Assembly: GCA_001599295.1 (NCBI GenBank)
Contig: BCGN01000008.1
Span: 558,001-622,000, forward strand
Direction: 5' to 3'
Length of the DNA: 64,000 nt
Origin: Sporopachydermia quercuum
Lineage: Eukaryota
Positions 24,166-34,970 of this stretch are shown here, in pieces. The position numbers and the translations under genes were made by a program. Every line of letters begins with the position of its first letter. Positions within the stretch are counted from its first letter, which is position 1. The notes below the pieces were generated by a model. It saw only the letters and a program-made list of their open reading frames with translations, did no database searches and had not been told where the DNA came from.

Positions 24166-27100
24166 CTAAACAGACTCATTATATTCTTCCTCATCGTCAA
24201 CATATTCATCATAATCTTCCGTTTCATATTCCACAATTTCTTGTGAAAAGGTGTTTGTTTCAGATAAGATGTTTACTTCTTCCGAAACTGATTCCCGCAG
24301 ACGACCAGGATTACCAGCAATCATCTGCAAAGCAATTTCTTCGGGAATTTCGTTACCGTATTCATCTCTATATTTCACTGGTCCATCGTCTCCAGACGTG
24401 ACTGTTCTGTATTTCGTTTTGGTAGTTCTCTTCAATGTAGCACCATCTTCTCCAACAGCGCCAACTGCTCCTTTCTTTCTCAGACGTCTACCTTTCTTCT
24501 TTTGAGCTGTTGGAGTCGGTTCAAAAGACGACTCAGTAGAAGATGGTTCTTCAGATTTCACAGATTCTGATTGTTCAAGAGACTCAGAAGAGGAATCGAT
24601 GTCAGCAGCTTCTTCTTCAGCAGCTTCATCGACGATAGGTTGTTCAATTTCAGCAGCATCTTCAACTTCCGGTGCAGNAACTGATGACTCAGGTTCCTCG
24701 GATTCGACAGACTGCTCGACAGATTGCTCAACAGATTGCTCAACAGACTCTTCAGCGGCTTCCTTTGCAGAATCATCAACAGACTCTTCAGCGGCTTCCT
24801 TTGCAGAATCATCAACAGACTCTTCAGCGGCTTCCTTTGCAGAATCATCAACGATTTCTTCATCTTTGGATTCTTCAGCTTCGGCGTCAGCTACTTCAAA
24901 TGCTGCTTCGGCTTCTTCTTCGCTATCAGTTTCTTCTTCAATATCTTCATCAGGTAATTCAACAGCTTCTTCACCGTTTGCAGATTCCTCAACAACTTTG
25001 TCAACAGAATCAGGTGCCTCGGACTCTTCGTCGGCTTTTTCACCATTTTCGTCTTCCGGGTCAGCGAAATCGGTTTCCACAAATTCAGTGAAAACCGTCG
25101 ATGGAGGCTCATGTAATTCCGGAGCACCTTCTCCTATTATACCGGATCCATCAGCCTTCTCAGATAATGGATCAAATGTATAGTTATCATAGAAAGGATA
25201 GAATTGATTGCAATCAAAATCCCAGTCGAGATGCATGGATTGACTACATAATGATTTTGTCCACGGTAATGAATAGATCAATGGTGAATACCAAATGAAA
25301 AACATCGCTGAAACAAAGAATAACCCAGTAGCAAATAATGTTGATAGGACCCTATTTCTGAGAATTTTAGTAGTGATCAAATCCAATGTATGTGCTAAAC
25401 CTAAGAACCCAAAATAAAGGGCAGGCAAATAATGATGAACAAACAATTGACGTTTCATCAAAAATGATGGGAAATAATGTAATGCCCAACCAGCAAAGAA
25501 GATCAAGCTTTGATAGTCATAATTAACAACATTAGCATCAGCTCCATCTTCTTTATAATCTCCAAGCTGCCATCTAAGAATTTGAATCAATTTGAAAAGA
25601 CCATACAAAGGAATAACTGCAGCGACACTCCACCAGATTGGAGCATTACCGAGTAAATAGATTTGCTTATGATCTTTAACCCAATAGTTGATACCTCTTA
25701 AAACGAATGGCCAAGATTCTGGTCTTGATTCCCAGAAATGTGTTTCAGTAAGTTCTGAATTTATTTCCCACATGACTTTATGTAATTCAACAACTTTTTG
25801 AAAGAACGTGGGAGTATTGTAAGTAGTATATTCTGCATCTTCTGGTAAATTTGGATGGCTATTGCTTTCAATATACCAAATAGTCATTGGTAATTTTCCT
25901 GCTCTAGAGCAAGTAACTTCTTGTTGTTTGAAACCCCATTCAGGTAATTTAGTATCATGGGANAACAATTGACAACCAGTTAACATATGAATAAGTTTGA
26001 ATTTAGTATCAATGGCTAAAACAGTTTCAGAGGCTTCACCAGCGTCAGAATACGCAGGAGCAATCTCTACTAAAAAGTTGTCATTGGCATCACCTTCAAA
26101 ACCAGTGAAACCATAACAGCTTGCTTCGTTTTGATAGTCTTTATCGGAAACAGGAGGTCTGTGATCATGAGAATGAAGACGTCTTTCGGTATTCTTATGT
26201 CTCAATCTGATTAGAGAACCAGTTTTGATAGGGACAAGATTTGGTCCTTGGAGCTCTTCCAAAGGTGTGAACGTTGTGTTTTCAACAATCCACACATTAT
26301 TGGTATCATTGTGAGGATATAGAGTGATTTGTTGTTGCTTTGATCCAGTTTCGTACAAAGCACTATGGGAGTGTAAATAACCACCACGGGAGCTATAATG
26401 TCGAATAGTGACTTCACTACCATAGTAAACCTGTGCTGGAGTTTCTTTAAGCACGTTAGTACCCTCTAAAGTCGTCTTGAATTCAGGTGACATGAATCCA
26501 CTGCCATCACCATCTTTTGTCAAAAGAGCAAAATGGAAGGCAAAAAACAAAAGATATAAAGCTATAGGTAAGGCCAAGAAGAATACTAATCGATGAACAA
26601 CATGTCCTACTAATCTCTTCCCAGAAATAGTCAAATCCCCAAAGATGAACCATAGTTGGAAAACAGTAGCTAAACCAACCCAAGCAACAGTGAATAAACC
26701 CACCCACTTAGAGCTTAAAGCCATACCTAATCCAACACCAGTAACAAACAAGTATCTAAACCAAGCAAAGGAAAAAGGTACTTGTATTTCAGATTTCTTG
26801 AAGCCATAAACTGCCAGAGCAATGAAATAAAGAAGAGGAGAGTCCAATAGAATGAATCTAGAGATTGTTACTGTTGCATTTTCAATGATTAATAGCATTG
26901 AGGCTAAGAATGCAGTTAATGAACGACATCCAGAGGCTTTTAAAGTTAAGTAGCATAAAATAACAGTCATCACACCGCACAGAGCTGGGAAAAATCTCAT
27001 AGCAACATACGGCACTTCGCCATTTTCATAAGCTTTACCAATTGTTGCAAAATTGAATTCACCATCAAATCCATTTAACCACCCCAATCCAGCATAAATC

Positions 27101-27411
27101 ATCTTCGTTAAAGGTGGATGAACATCCATGAAGAATGTACCTTTAATGTATTTACTAGCAAATCCTCCAAAATGAACTTCATCGAATACAACCGAGTCAG
27201 GTTCATTGATCTTATATAAACGAACGATAACAGCGGTGATGAAGATAATCGTAAGATAGAAAACATCCAGCTTTGTATTACTTCTTCTTTTCAACAAGTC
27301 TGGTTTCGGTTCCACAAGTTTGAAAGGTCTCATCACCCCCTTAGCATACNTCGAAGGAACAACTGGTGAATTGTCCTCTGAGGGCTTCGATTCTGGTTTA
27401 CCAACTGCCAT
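24166..27411 (-). CDS. PMT1: Dolichyl-phosphate-mannose protein O-mannosyltransferase, PMT1 subfamily, with a long acidic C-terminal extension
   Basis: VVFDEVHFGGFASKY, DVHPP, SRFILLD, MIR-domain motifs YLHSH and RLHSH, QLFVHHYLPALYF. Confidence 0.88.
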   Translation of the reverse strand: MAVGKPESKPSEDNSPVVPSXYAKGVMRPFKLVEPKPDLLKRRSNTKLDVFYLTIIFITAVIVRLYKINEPDSVVFDEVHFGGFASKYIKGTFFMDVHPPLTKMIYAGLGWLNGFDGEFNFATIGKAYENGEVPYVAMRFFPALCGVMTVILCYLTLKASGCRSLTAFLASMLLIIENATVTISRFILLDSPLLYFIALAVYGFKKSEIQVPFSFAWFRYLFVTGVGLGMALSSKWVGLFTVAWVGLATVFQLWFIFGDLTISGKRLVGHVVHRLVFFLALPIALYLLFFAFHFALLTKDGDGSGFMSPEFKTTLEGTNVLKETPAQVYYGSEVTIRHYSSRGGYLHSHSALYETGSKQQQITLYPHNDTNNVWIVENTTFTPLEELQGPNLVPIKTGSLIRLRHKNTERRLHSHDHRPPVSDKDYQNEASCYGFTGFEGDANDNFLVEIAPAYSDAGEASETVLAIDTKFKLIHMLTGCQLXSHDTKLPEWGFKQQEVTCSRAGKLPMTIWYIESNSHPNLPEDAEYTTYNTPTFFQKVVELHKVMWEINSELTETHFWESRPESWPFVLRGINYWVKDHKQIYLLGNAPIWWSVAAVIPLYGLFKLIQILRWQLGDYKEDGADANVVNYDYQSLIFFAGWALHYFPSFLMKRQLFVHHYLPALYFGFLGLAHTLDLITTKILRNRVLSTLFATGLFFVSAMFFIWYSPLIYSLPWTKSLCSQSMHLDWDFDCNQFYPFYDNYTFDPLSEKADGSGIIGEGAPELHEPPSTVFTEFVETDFADPEDENGEKADEESEAPDSVDKVVEESANGEEAVELPDEDIEEETDSEEEAEAAFEVADAEAEESKDEEIVDDSAKEAAEESVDDSAKEAAEESVDDSAKEAAEESVEQSVEQSVEQSVESEEPESSVXAPEVEDAAEIEQPIVDEAAEEEAADIDSSSESLEQSESVKSEEPSSTESSFEPTPTAQKKKGRRLRKKGAVGAVGEDGATLKRTTKTKYRTVTSGDDGPVKYRDEYGNEIPEEIALQMIAGNPGRLRESVSEEVNILSETNTFSQEIVEYETEDYDEYVDDEEEYNESV
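24705..24848. repeat. Coding tandem repeats in the PMT1 tail: 3 x 12 nt (24705-24740) followed by 3 identical x 36 nt (24741-24848)
   Basis: Unit CAACAGACTCTTCAGCGGCTTCCTTTGCAGAATCAT at 24741, 24777 and 24813 (encodes DDSAKEAAEESV on the minus strand); 12-mer CRACAGAYTGCT encodes EQSV repeats. Confidence 0.95.
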
Positions 27412-28026
27412 GATTACTTCAATGTTTGTAAACTATGACTTAGTATTCACTGTTAGGTTGAACAATGAATATGCAATAATCCACAATACAATGCTTACCA
27501 ACAAATTCTTTTGATGATTATAAACAAGCTCTTAATTTCGAGTTAGAAACTAGTTAGCAAATCAACCCAGCCTGTTCAATGGTAAATGATTAATGTACCA
27601 ATCTAAAGAACCCCTCAAACCATCAATTGCTCATCAAAGAATAATCTTCACTTCATACCTTTCTCTAATGTTCAATCAACGATTGCTTTTGTTCGATATA
27701 TAATTTCACTGTAGTTATTTGGATCTTTCAAATAATCTCTTGTTAACTAAGACGATGATGTGGCAGACAGAATTTCGTGTCCAACCTGAGAATTGTCGTG
27801 TGGTTACATGTAAATATTACGCGACTGGATTTAGAAACGGAAAAAATAGAAAAGTAGAGAAAACGGAGACTATAAGAACAGTCACGTGTAAAATCAAGTG
27901 ACCTGGTACTTTGTGACACTTATTTCTTACTTCTTGATGATGGTTCGATTAACAACTAACCATTACATTGGGCTATTTGAAGAAAGATGAATAATGAGTA
28001 ACAAAAAAAAAGAAAATCATAGCCTG

Positions 28027-28737
28027 TCAATCGCGTTTCCATCTGACTTGGTATGGTTGGTAAGAATAATAGATACCTCCCACGCCCAATTGAGTATTCC
28101 AGTGATCTATGTAGCTGATCATAGCAGTGGTTAATGCTAATTCTCTGGAAATTTTTGATTCATCAATACTGATTGCAAATCCTTTTTGTCCGTTGATAAC
28201 AACATGACCGATTCTCTCACGAACTTCGCTTTCTTTTTCACCCAAATTTGACACTTTTTCTAGATATTTATTTTTGTATGTCCATTGNTATATCTGTCCA
28301 TCTGATAATTGGAACAACCTATAATTATCATTGGCATCAACTCGATGACTAACCACATGCCATCCAAGCTCTGAATCAGTGAACTCACCATTACGTTGAA
28401 TCATCAACACATTTGACCTCAAGCCTGCTCTAATGGCCGCCGTTGGTTCTTCATAGCCAGTAGTGTAGAATTTATAGGCACCTTTAACCGCTCTTGAACG
28501 AATAAAATGATGAATTCCTTGATTAGCATTATCATCCGGACTTACCAGTACATCCAGTCTTTTTGAGCCAGTACCAAACTCTTTCACCACAGTATAAGTT
28601 TTAACTGTGGGACTGGTTTCATCAAGTTCAATTATCTGCGGTGTATATCTGCTGGTTCTTCTATGAGGATGAAACAAGAGGGCTTTTGTGAGAATAACAG
28701 GTCTCATAATAGGTGAGAGAAATAATTCAACTGGCAT
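28027..28737 (-). CDS. Hypothetical globular protein (236 aa), function not recognised
   Basis: Uninterrupted ORF with AAAATG start context, ordinary amino-acid composition, and a beta-rich pattern ending in one hydrophobic helix. Confidence 0.75.
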   Translation of the reverse strand: MPVELFLSPIMRPVILTKALLFHPHRRTSRYTPQIIELDETSPTVKTYTVVKEFGTGSKRLDVLVSPDDNANQGIHHFIRSRAVKGAYKFYTTGYEEPTAAIRAGLRSNVLMIQRNGEFTDSELGWHVVSHRVDANDNYRLFQLSDGQIXQWTYKNKYLEKVSNLGEKESEVRERIGHVVINGQKGFAISIDESKISRELALTTAMISYIDHWNTQLGVGGIYYSYQPYQVRWKRD

Positions 28738-30383
28738 TTTGATCAGGTTATGTATTCTTTAGTTCCCAAATAGTTAGCTTGTTCTTTGACTATATATTGG
28801 TATAGTATAACCAACTAAATACTCTTACAATCGATTTAATTAGCAAAAAGTGAAATACACTATATGAAGTAATGGTAGCAGAATAACTCAAGTCTACTTT
28901 GTTGAAACGAGATTTACTATAAGCAAATGAATGGAAAATAGATATCAAAAAGAGCTAACAATCATACTCGAAACAACAGTATGGATAAGAAGAAGCAAAA
29001 AGTGGTCAGTGGAATGCGCCTTATTTATAAGAGTATCTATTATGAACATCACTCAAAGCACAAATGTATTGTCACAAACTTCCAGTTTGGTTTATGTGAC
29101 TTGAGATAAGTTCATCCACAGTTAAAGAGGGAGGATAAAGGAAAACTACGGAAGTAATGTAGCTGATAGCATCACTATATAGAGTATNGTAAATTTTTTT
29201 TTAAAAATAATGGGTACGGAAACATTTGAACATTAGCTCTATATAAGAACTTACTGAGCGCAACCAAGATAATAATTGTAGAAGCTCAATCAATCTGTTG
29301 CTCTTGTTCCAAGCACTAACCAAATGCAACTTTGTCTGATTAAGCATAAAAAATCTGCCCTGTACTCTGAAGCAGNTAAACATGTCTTTACTTCTGAAAC
29401 TATAGAATATAAATTAGATCTGATTTAGAAGTTCTCGATCAGTAACATTGACTAGTTATTATGACTCATTTCATCTGGTGTCGTTCTATCGCTGGTTGGA
29501 TAGGAATATTTTCCACATCTACTAAAGTCTGGGGTAGAAGTATGAGGTCGATTGATAAGAATAGAGTTCACAGTCCGATTTTAGGTTTCAATGCAAGTTA
29601 CTGGAAGCCAGTTCGTACTAGTAGAAAGGGGTCAAGCTTAATTATACAACTATTTTTAGAATAATTACAATGAAACAAAATAAAAGGTCAAGTACTTTCC
29701 TTTTCAATATTAGTCTGTTTAAGAAGATACAATCCTTTCAAGAAATCAACGAGTAATTATAACCTCTCTCATTAGAACATATGCATAACTTTGCTATCCT
29801 GCATCTTCATACATATGACACAAGCCTCACAATGGCTTCCCATTCTGTCCAAAACTATAAGCGGGGTAAATGTATCACACAAAATTCATCTCTTTCACTG
29901 CTTGTACGTTATTAATANTAGTGATGAGATCAGAAGCCTTCAACTACCGGTTGACTAACTACAGAACTATACTATTTCATAAATATTGATGCTCAATGGT
30001 GTATATGTGCTAAGAAGAATAAGTATTTTAGAGAGATGATTTCCAAAGCTTCATCCATTTTTACTCATCTTAATTTCGTAAAGCCCCATCGTTATTGTAG
30101 AGCAATTTGTTAAGGCTACAAAAAGGTTAATTGTACCGTAGGGTATAAATACATAGGATTCGCCAGATATTCAGTTCAGTCTCATTGTTGCTAAATCAAT
30201 AAAAATCCATTGGTGATCCATCAATTTCACGGACACAGGCAAACTGGTTTGTTGACTGATTACTTGCACTATTAACAGTATACTACAGGGAAAAGAAAAA
30301 ACAGAGTGTTTGTTTGCATTAATTGTACGTTTTATATGAGCATCAGAAGATATAGTAACTTGGAACAGTACATAACATAAAAG

Positions 30384-31367
30384 ATGCTGAGACCTATGAG
30401 GCTTAATCCGGTGAGTAGAACGATGTTCTGCAAAGCATTCGTTAGTAGGCCATTCAGCTACTCTGTTGCCAGAGGTAACAAGATAAAGCGGCTGCCTTCA
30501 CTAGCTGAGATCAAGTCCATTGATATTGAGCATTACGTTGAAGAGTCTCCGGAAGGTAGAAAATTACGTGAATTGGAACAAGAAAGTGTACAAAAGAAGA
30601 ATGATAGAAAAGAAGTATCGCCTTCTTTGATTAAATCGTTTCTCTATGGATCTCCATCAAAACATACAGAAGAAGATGAATATGAGCAATCTTTCTCTAA
30701 GGCTTTATCTAGGGGCAAATATGTGCATGAGTTAGTCATACATAAGGTTCACCCTGGATCTGCAACAGAGTACCTAGATCTGGTTACATCAATGTATCCG
30801 GAATTAGCAGCAGATACATCACTTGGATCCAGACTAGTAGGTAGCTGGAGAACAGTCATTGGAGATATGGACTGTTATGTGCATATTTGGGAATACGAAG
30901 GCTATAACGGGTTTCATAGTGCAATGAATAAATTACATGAAAACCCGAAATACTTAGAGTTTCTTTCAAAAATAAGACCAACATTGCGTTCGCGACACTC
31001 TGAACTGATGCAAGAATTTAGTTTTTGGGGAGGAACTGCACCTCCTCATCAAATGGGAGGTATCTTCGAAATGAGATCTTATATTTTGAAATCAGGTCAA
31101 TTGGCTGAATGGGAACATTCATGGAAAAAGGGAATCGAGATAAGAAGAAAAGTGATGGAACCAGTTGGGGCATGGTTCTCTCAATTAGGGGAACTTAATC
31201 GTGTACATTATATCTGGCAATTTGCCGATTTAGAGCACAGAAAAGTTTCTCGTGAAAAATGCTGGGAAATGCCTGAATGGGCCGAAACAGTTCACCAAAC
31301 AGTGCCATTAATTGAGCGAATGGAAGCAAATATTCTAGTAGCTTTACCTTTCAGTCCTTTGAAGTGA
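30384..31367 (+). CDS. Mitochondrial NIPSNAP family protein
   Basis: LVGSWRTVIGD, VHIWEYEGY, GIFEMRSY, VGAWFSQLGELNRVHYIW, LPFSPLK; basic presequence. Confidence 0.92.
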   Translation: MLRPMRLNPVSRTMFCKAFVSRPFSYSVARGNKIKRLPSLAEIKSIDIEHYVEESPEGRKLRELEQESVQKKNDRKEVSPSLIKSFLYGSPSKHTEEDEYEQSFSKALSRGKYVHELVIHKVHPGSATEYLDLVTSMYPELAADTSLGSRLVGSWRTVIGDMDCYVHIWEYEGYNGFHSAMNKLHENPKYLEFLSKIRPTLRSRHSELMQEFSFWGGTAPPHQMGGIFEMRSYILKSGQLAEWEHSWKKGIEIRRKVMEPVGAWFSQLGELNRVHYIWQFADLEHRKVSREKCWEMPEWAETVHQTVPLIERMEANILVALPFSPLK

Positions 31368-32301
31368 GTAATGGTGCTCATTTACTAAAATCTCAATACC
31401 ATAGATAAAAAAGATTAACTAGCAACTTCATCAAACAAATTAGGTGATTCTTTCACTTGCAAATATTCTTATTGTTAGAGAAATCAGCAAATCGATGGAT
31501 CAGATTTGACACACAAGACTGTTCTCATTGTTTTCCAGATATGTTGTAGTCTAAGATAGAATATTGAGCTTAATCACCTAAAAACATCACTGGTTTGGAA
31601 ATCGGAAAATATAGTTCTTGTTTTAATATCATTTCCTANTTTTATTCAGTTATCTCAGGTTCTTCCTTAGAAAAGTTTTTTCCTATCTTCGGAATAAGTT
31701 TCCGATATTCACTCTTTCATAATGAATTACAGGAATAGTGGCAACACCATGAAAGGTTCCATTTCCGACATTTGTTTTATTGTTAGGTTTCTCCACTATC
31801 AGCAGGCTGTCCGTAATATATTTTCACTCAGAAGTTTCAACATCCTCGGACAGTCAAAAGCTTTAGCAGAACCAGCATAGTTGAGGTTATATAAAGAGAT
31901 AAGCTCTGAAAGAAAGAAAAAAATTCACATACAGCACTAAATAAAAAATTATTCCAATACTTGTATCTAATTGAATTATAAACTCCTGGAAATAAATTTG
32001 TCCCTAGTCAATGTACTTGCTTATCAATATGTTCCAAGGTTCTGAGAGTAANGTATATCTAAACGTCCGTTAAGGACAACATTTTTCTATTCTATAAGAC
32101 ATCGGACACTCTTAACGAGGAACATTATAAAGAGACTCAGGTCTTGCTCAGATGTTACAAAAGACAGAAGCAGATATTTAGATAACGTAGGTCAGGATTG
32201 CTATACAATCAAGGAAGGTAATCGTGCAACAGTCATTCTGGAACCGTAATTCAGAACATAGAACATAGACATAAAATTTCAACATTAATTGCATCTTCAG
32301 A

Positions 32302-33060
32302 ATGAGTCGCAAGATCCTTTGTTTGCATGGTTTTCCTCAGAACAAGTCAGTCTTTGCAGCAAAGTCATCCGGATTAAGAAAAGCGCTGAAGAAGAAGGGT
32401 TTTGAAACAAAGTATCTGTCCGGTCCTATCAAATTACATTTATCTGAACTACCCTTTGAACCGGCTGATGTTAAAAGCAAGCTAGGTGCTGATCAATCCG
32501 AAGATGAAGGTGATGGATATAGAACGTGGTACTCTATAAACCCCGCTGATGAAGAATCATATTTTAATATTGACAAATCAATCGAACTTATTGAGCAAGA
32601 AGTTAAAGAGAATGGTCCTTACGATGGTATATTAGGATTTTCCATGGGTGCTGGTTTTGCAGCTTTGTTAGCTCAATACTTCCGTAAAAAGCCCAATCCT
32701 AACCAACCACCATTCAAGTTTGCTGTGTTTTACTGTGGGTTCATAAAAGGCTTCCCAGAAAAACTCCTTAATCAGTACTTTGATGAAAAAATCACAACAC
32801 CTTCCATTCATATAATTGGTACTCTAGATACTGTATTACCTGAGGAAAGAACGTCGTCGTTGATAAACGGATGTACTGAAGCGTCTCGGACTGTTCTTAT
32901 ACATCCTGGTGGTCATTATGTCCCAAATTCTAAGGACCTGGTTAATAAAGTAGTTTCTTGGGTTGTAGCTCAGTACGAAGAGAAACAACCAGAAAAAATT
33001 GAGGTAAAGAAGAACGACAATCATGATGAATGGGCTGAGTTTGATAAAATTGGCAAATGA
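32302..33060 (+). CDS. FSH1/OVCA2-family serine hydrolase
   Basis: KILCLHGF, GPYDGILGFSMG (nucleophile), HIIGTLD, HPGGHYVP catalytic-triad motifs. Confidence 0.92.
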   Translation: MSRKILCLHGFPQNKSVFAAKSSGLRKALKKKGFETKYLSGPIKLHLSELPFEPADVKSKLGADQSEDEGDGYRTWYSINPADEESYFNIDKSIELIEQEVKENGPYDGILGFSMGAGFAALLAQYFRKKPNPNQPPFKFAVFYCGFIKGFPEKLLNQYFDEKITTPSIHIIGTLDTVLPEERTSSLINGCTEASRTVLIHPGGHYVPNSKDLVNKVVSWVVAQYEEKQPEKIEVKKNDNHDEWAEFDKIGK

Positions 33061-34970
33061 AGAGTTTAGTAATCCTTCCGAAAAAGAATAGAACATACAT
33101 CTACTAATGGATGTGACTTAAATCAATTGTATAATTAAATTAACGGGCTAATGATAGATCTAGAATAAAACATATGGTTCAAACTTATACATAAATTTAT
33201 CCAGATTCGACAGTAGTACGCTCGTACAGGTAACATTCCATAGTGCGTGAAACCTGTATTCCAGAATCAAGTTCCACTTCGCTACAATAAACTTTTAGTT
33301 TAACATTATCAAGCTGGTAGTGAAATTATTTGATACTCTTCATGAAGGAGAATCAGATATGCTGAATTTCTATAATAGAATTTTGGGAAACTATATAAAC
33401 TTCCGCAACCTAACAAATCGAAGAAGATTTATGTCTTAAACTGTAACACACTGATTGTCATGCATCTGCAACCTACGTATATTCTTTGCAGGAACTCCCA
33501 ACCCCATTTAGAACATCTGATCCTGTTGCTCTTCCGTTCATAATTACTAATTTACCATAAAATTGATGTAGTAGTTAATATATACATACTCACAGTTTCA
33601 TCATTGATACTTAGCACCTTTCCAACACACGTCTTGGTCACATTGAGTCTCAGCACCCTGTTTAAGAATTTAACATAAAGTTTATCTAAAAGAGGAAACT
33701 ATAACTTAATTTGAAAGTTAGCTGTCGGCCATCTTCCTATTCAAGTAATGCAATTTTTATATTGAACCAATTGATTTATCAAAACAAATGGAAGAAGACG
33801 AACAAGCAAAAACCCCTTAGTATTATTAATCTATAAAGTACATTAACTAGTATGTATTTATTTGTTGTTAGTATGAGTAGTTACAGGACATCGTCGGTAG
33901 ACACTAAAGGATGGTTCTACAAGATCGTACTAACACGATAGCCCCATAATTCTTTTCCTCGCTGCAGTTAAGTTTCAAGGTTCTAGTGATATGACGGAAC
34001 TGATTTACCATAAGTGAGTTCGGCTTCAACTATTAAGTCCCTACAGTCCTTGTATTCAATCTAATTGTTCATCCTATGCATTTCCTCCCACTCACGTTAC
34101 CTACACTACATCATATCTCATCCTACTCATCATCAAACCTAAAGTTTCATGTCTCAAAGATAAGCTTATATCCTAATCAATGTAATCTAAGACATGAAAA
34201 AGGTACCAGAATGCAGTGTTATCCTGTGTATGCACCGACGTACTTGATTCATTAGGATCTCGCTAGAAGAAAACAAAGCAATATCCAGTATTAGAAGTTT
34301 CATAGCACCGTCTATATTTAACAATAAAGTATTGGTAAACGATCAGTCAATTGTAGCACTCAAGAATTCAATAATCCTTGCTTCAATGTAAGGCTGGTAT
34401 TAACCTTGCACAGGCGCTTTCTCATTGTCAACTTATATCAACTACTAATACAATCCAGAAGAATTCAATTGCTCTGCAGTTCAATTTTTATATATACTGA
34501 ACGATTTGGTCATTATGGTTATAGAAGAACCAAGCGGTATATCCTACGCATCAGGGAGGAACTTTTCCTGAAGCTCCCTTGATAAAATAGAGTTAAACTC
34601 TAGAGTTTATATTTCAAACCTTATATACTTTAGATACGAATTCCGTCAATGGATTCATTTGTCAAGGAAACTGTGCATCACTTATTTCAACTCTTCTTTC
34701 ACCCTTTATTCTATTTTGTTTATATTGTCTTTCTTTCCTATCTTTTTCCTTTTACTGGGCCTCCGTAAATAGTCAAAGTCTATTGTTAAAGGACTACTTT
34801 CTTTTAGTAAAAGGATAGGTGAACATTTATGTGGCTATAGAAATAGAAAAGAAGAGGAACTTTCAGGGTGCGCTTTCTATAACTTATTTATTCATGGACT
34901 AGCAAGCAGTAAATATCAGCAACTACAAAAACAGCAAGACACTACATAACCTACATTTATATTCTAAACA

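Noticed and set aside
24705..24848. 36-nt direct repeats as a CRISPR-like array
   Set aside because: Head-to-tail with no spacers, in frame inside a eukaryotic CDS.
24117..25298. Plus-strand Ser-rich 194-aa ORF and other overlapping ORFs
   Set aside because: Antisense or frame shadows of the repetitive acidic PMT1 tail.
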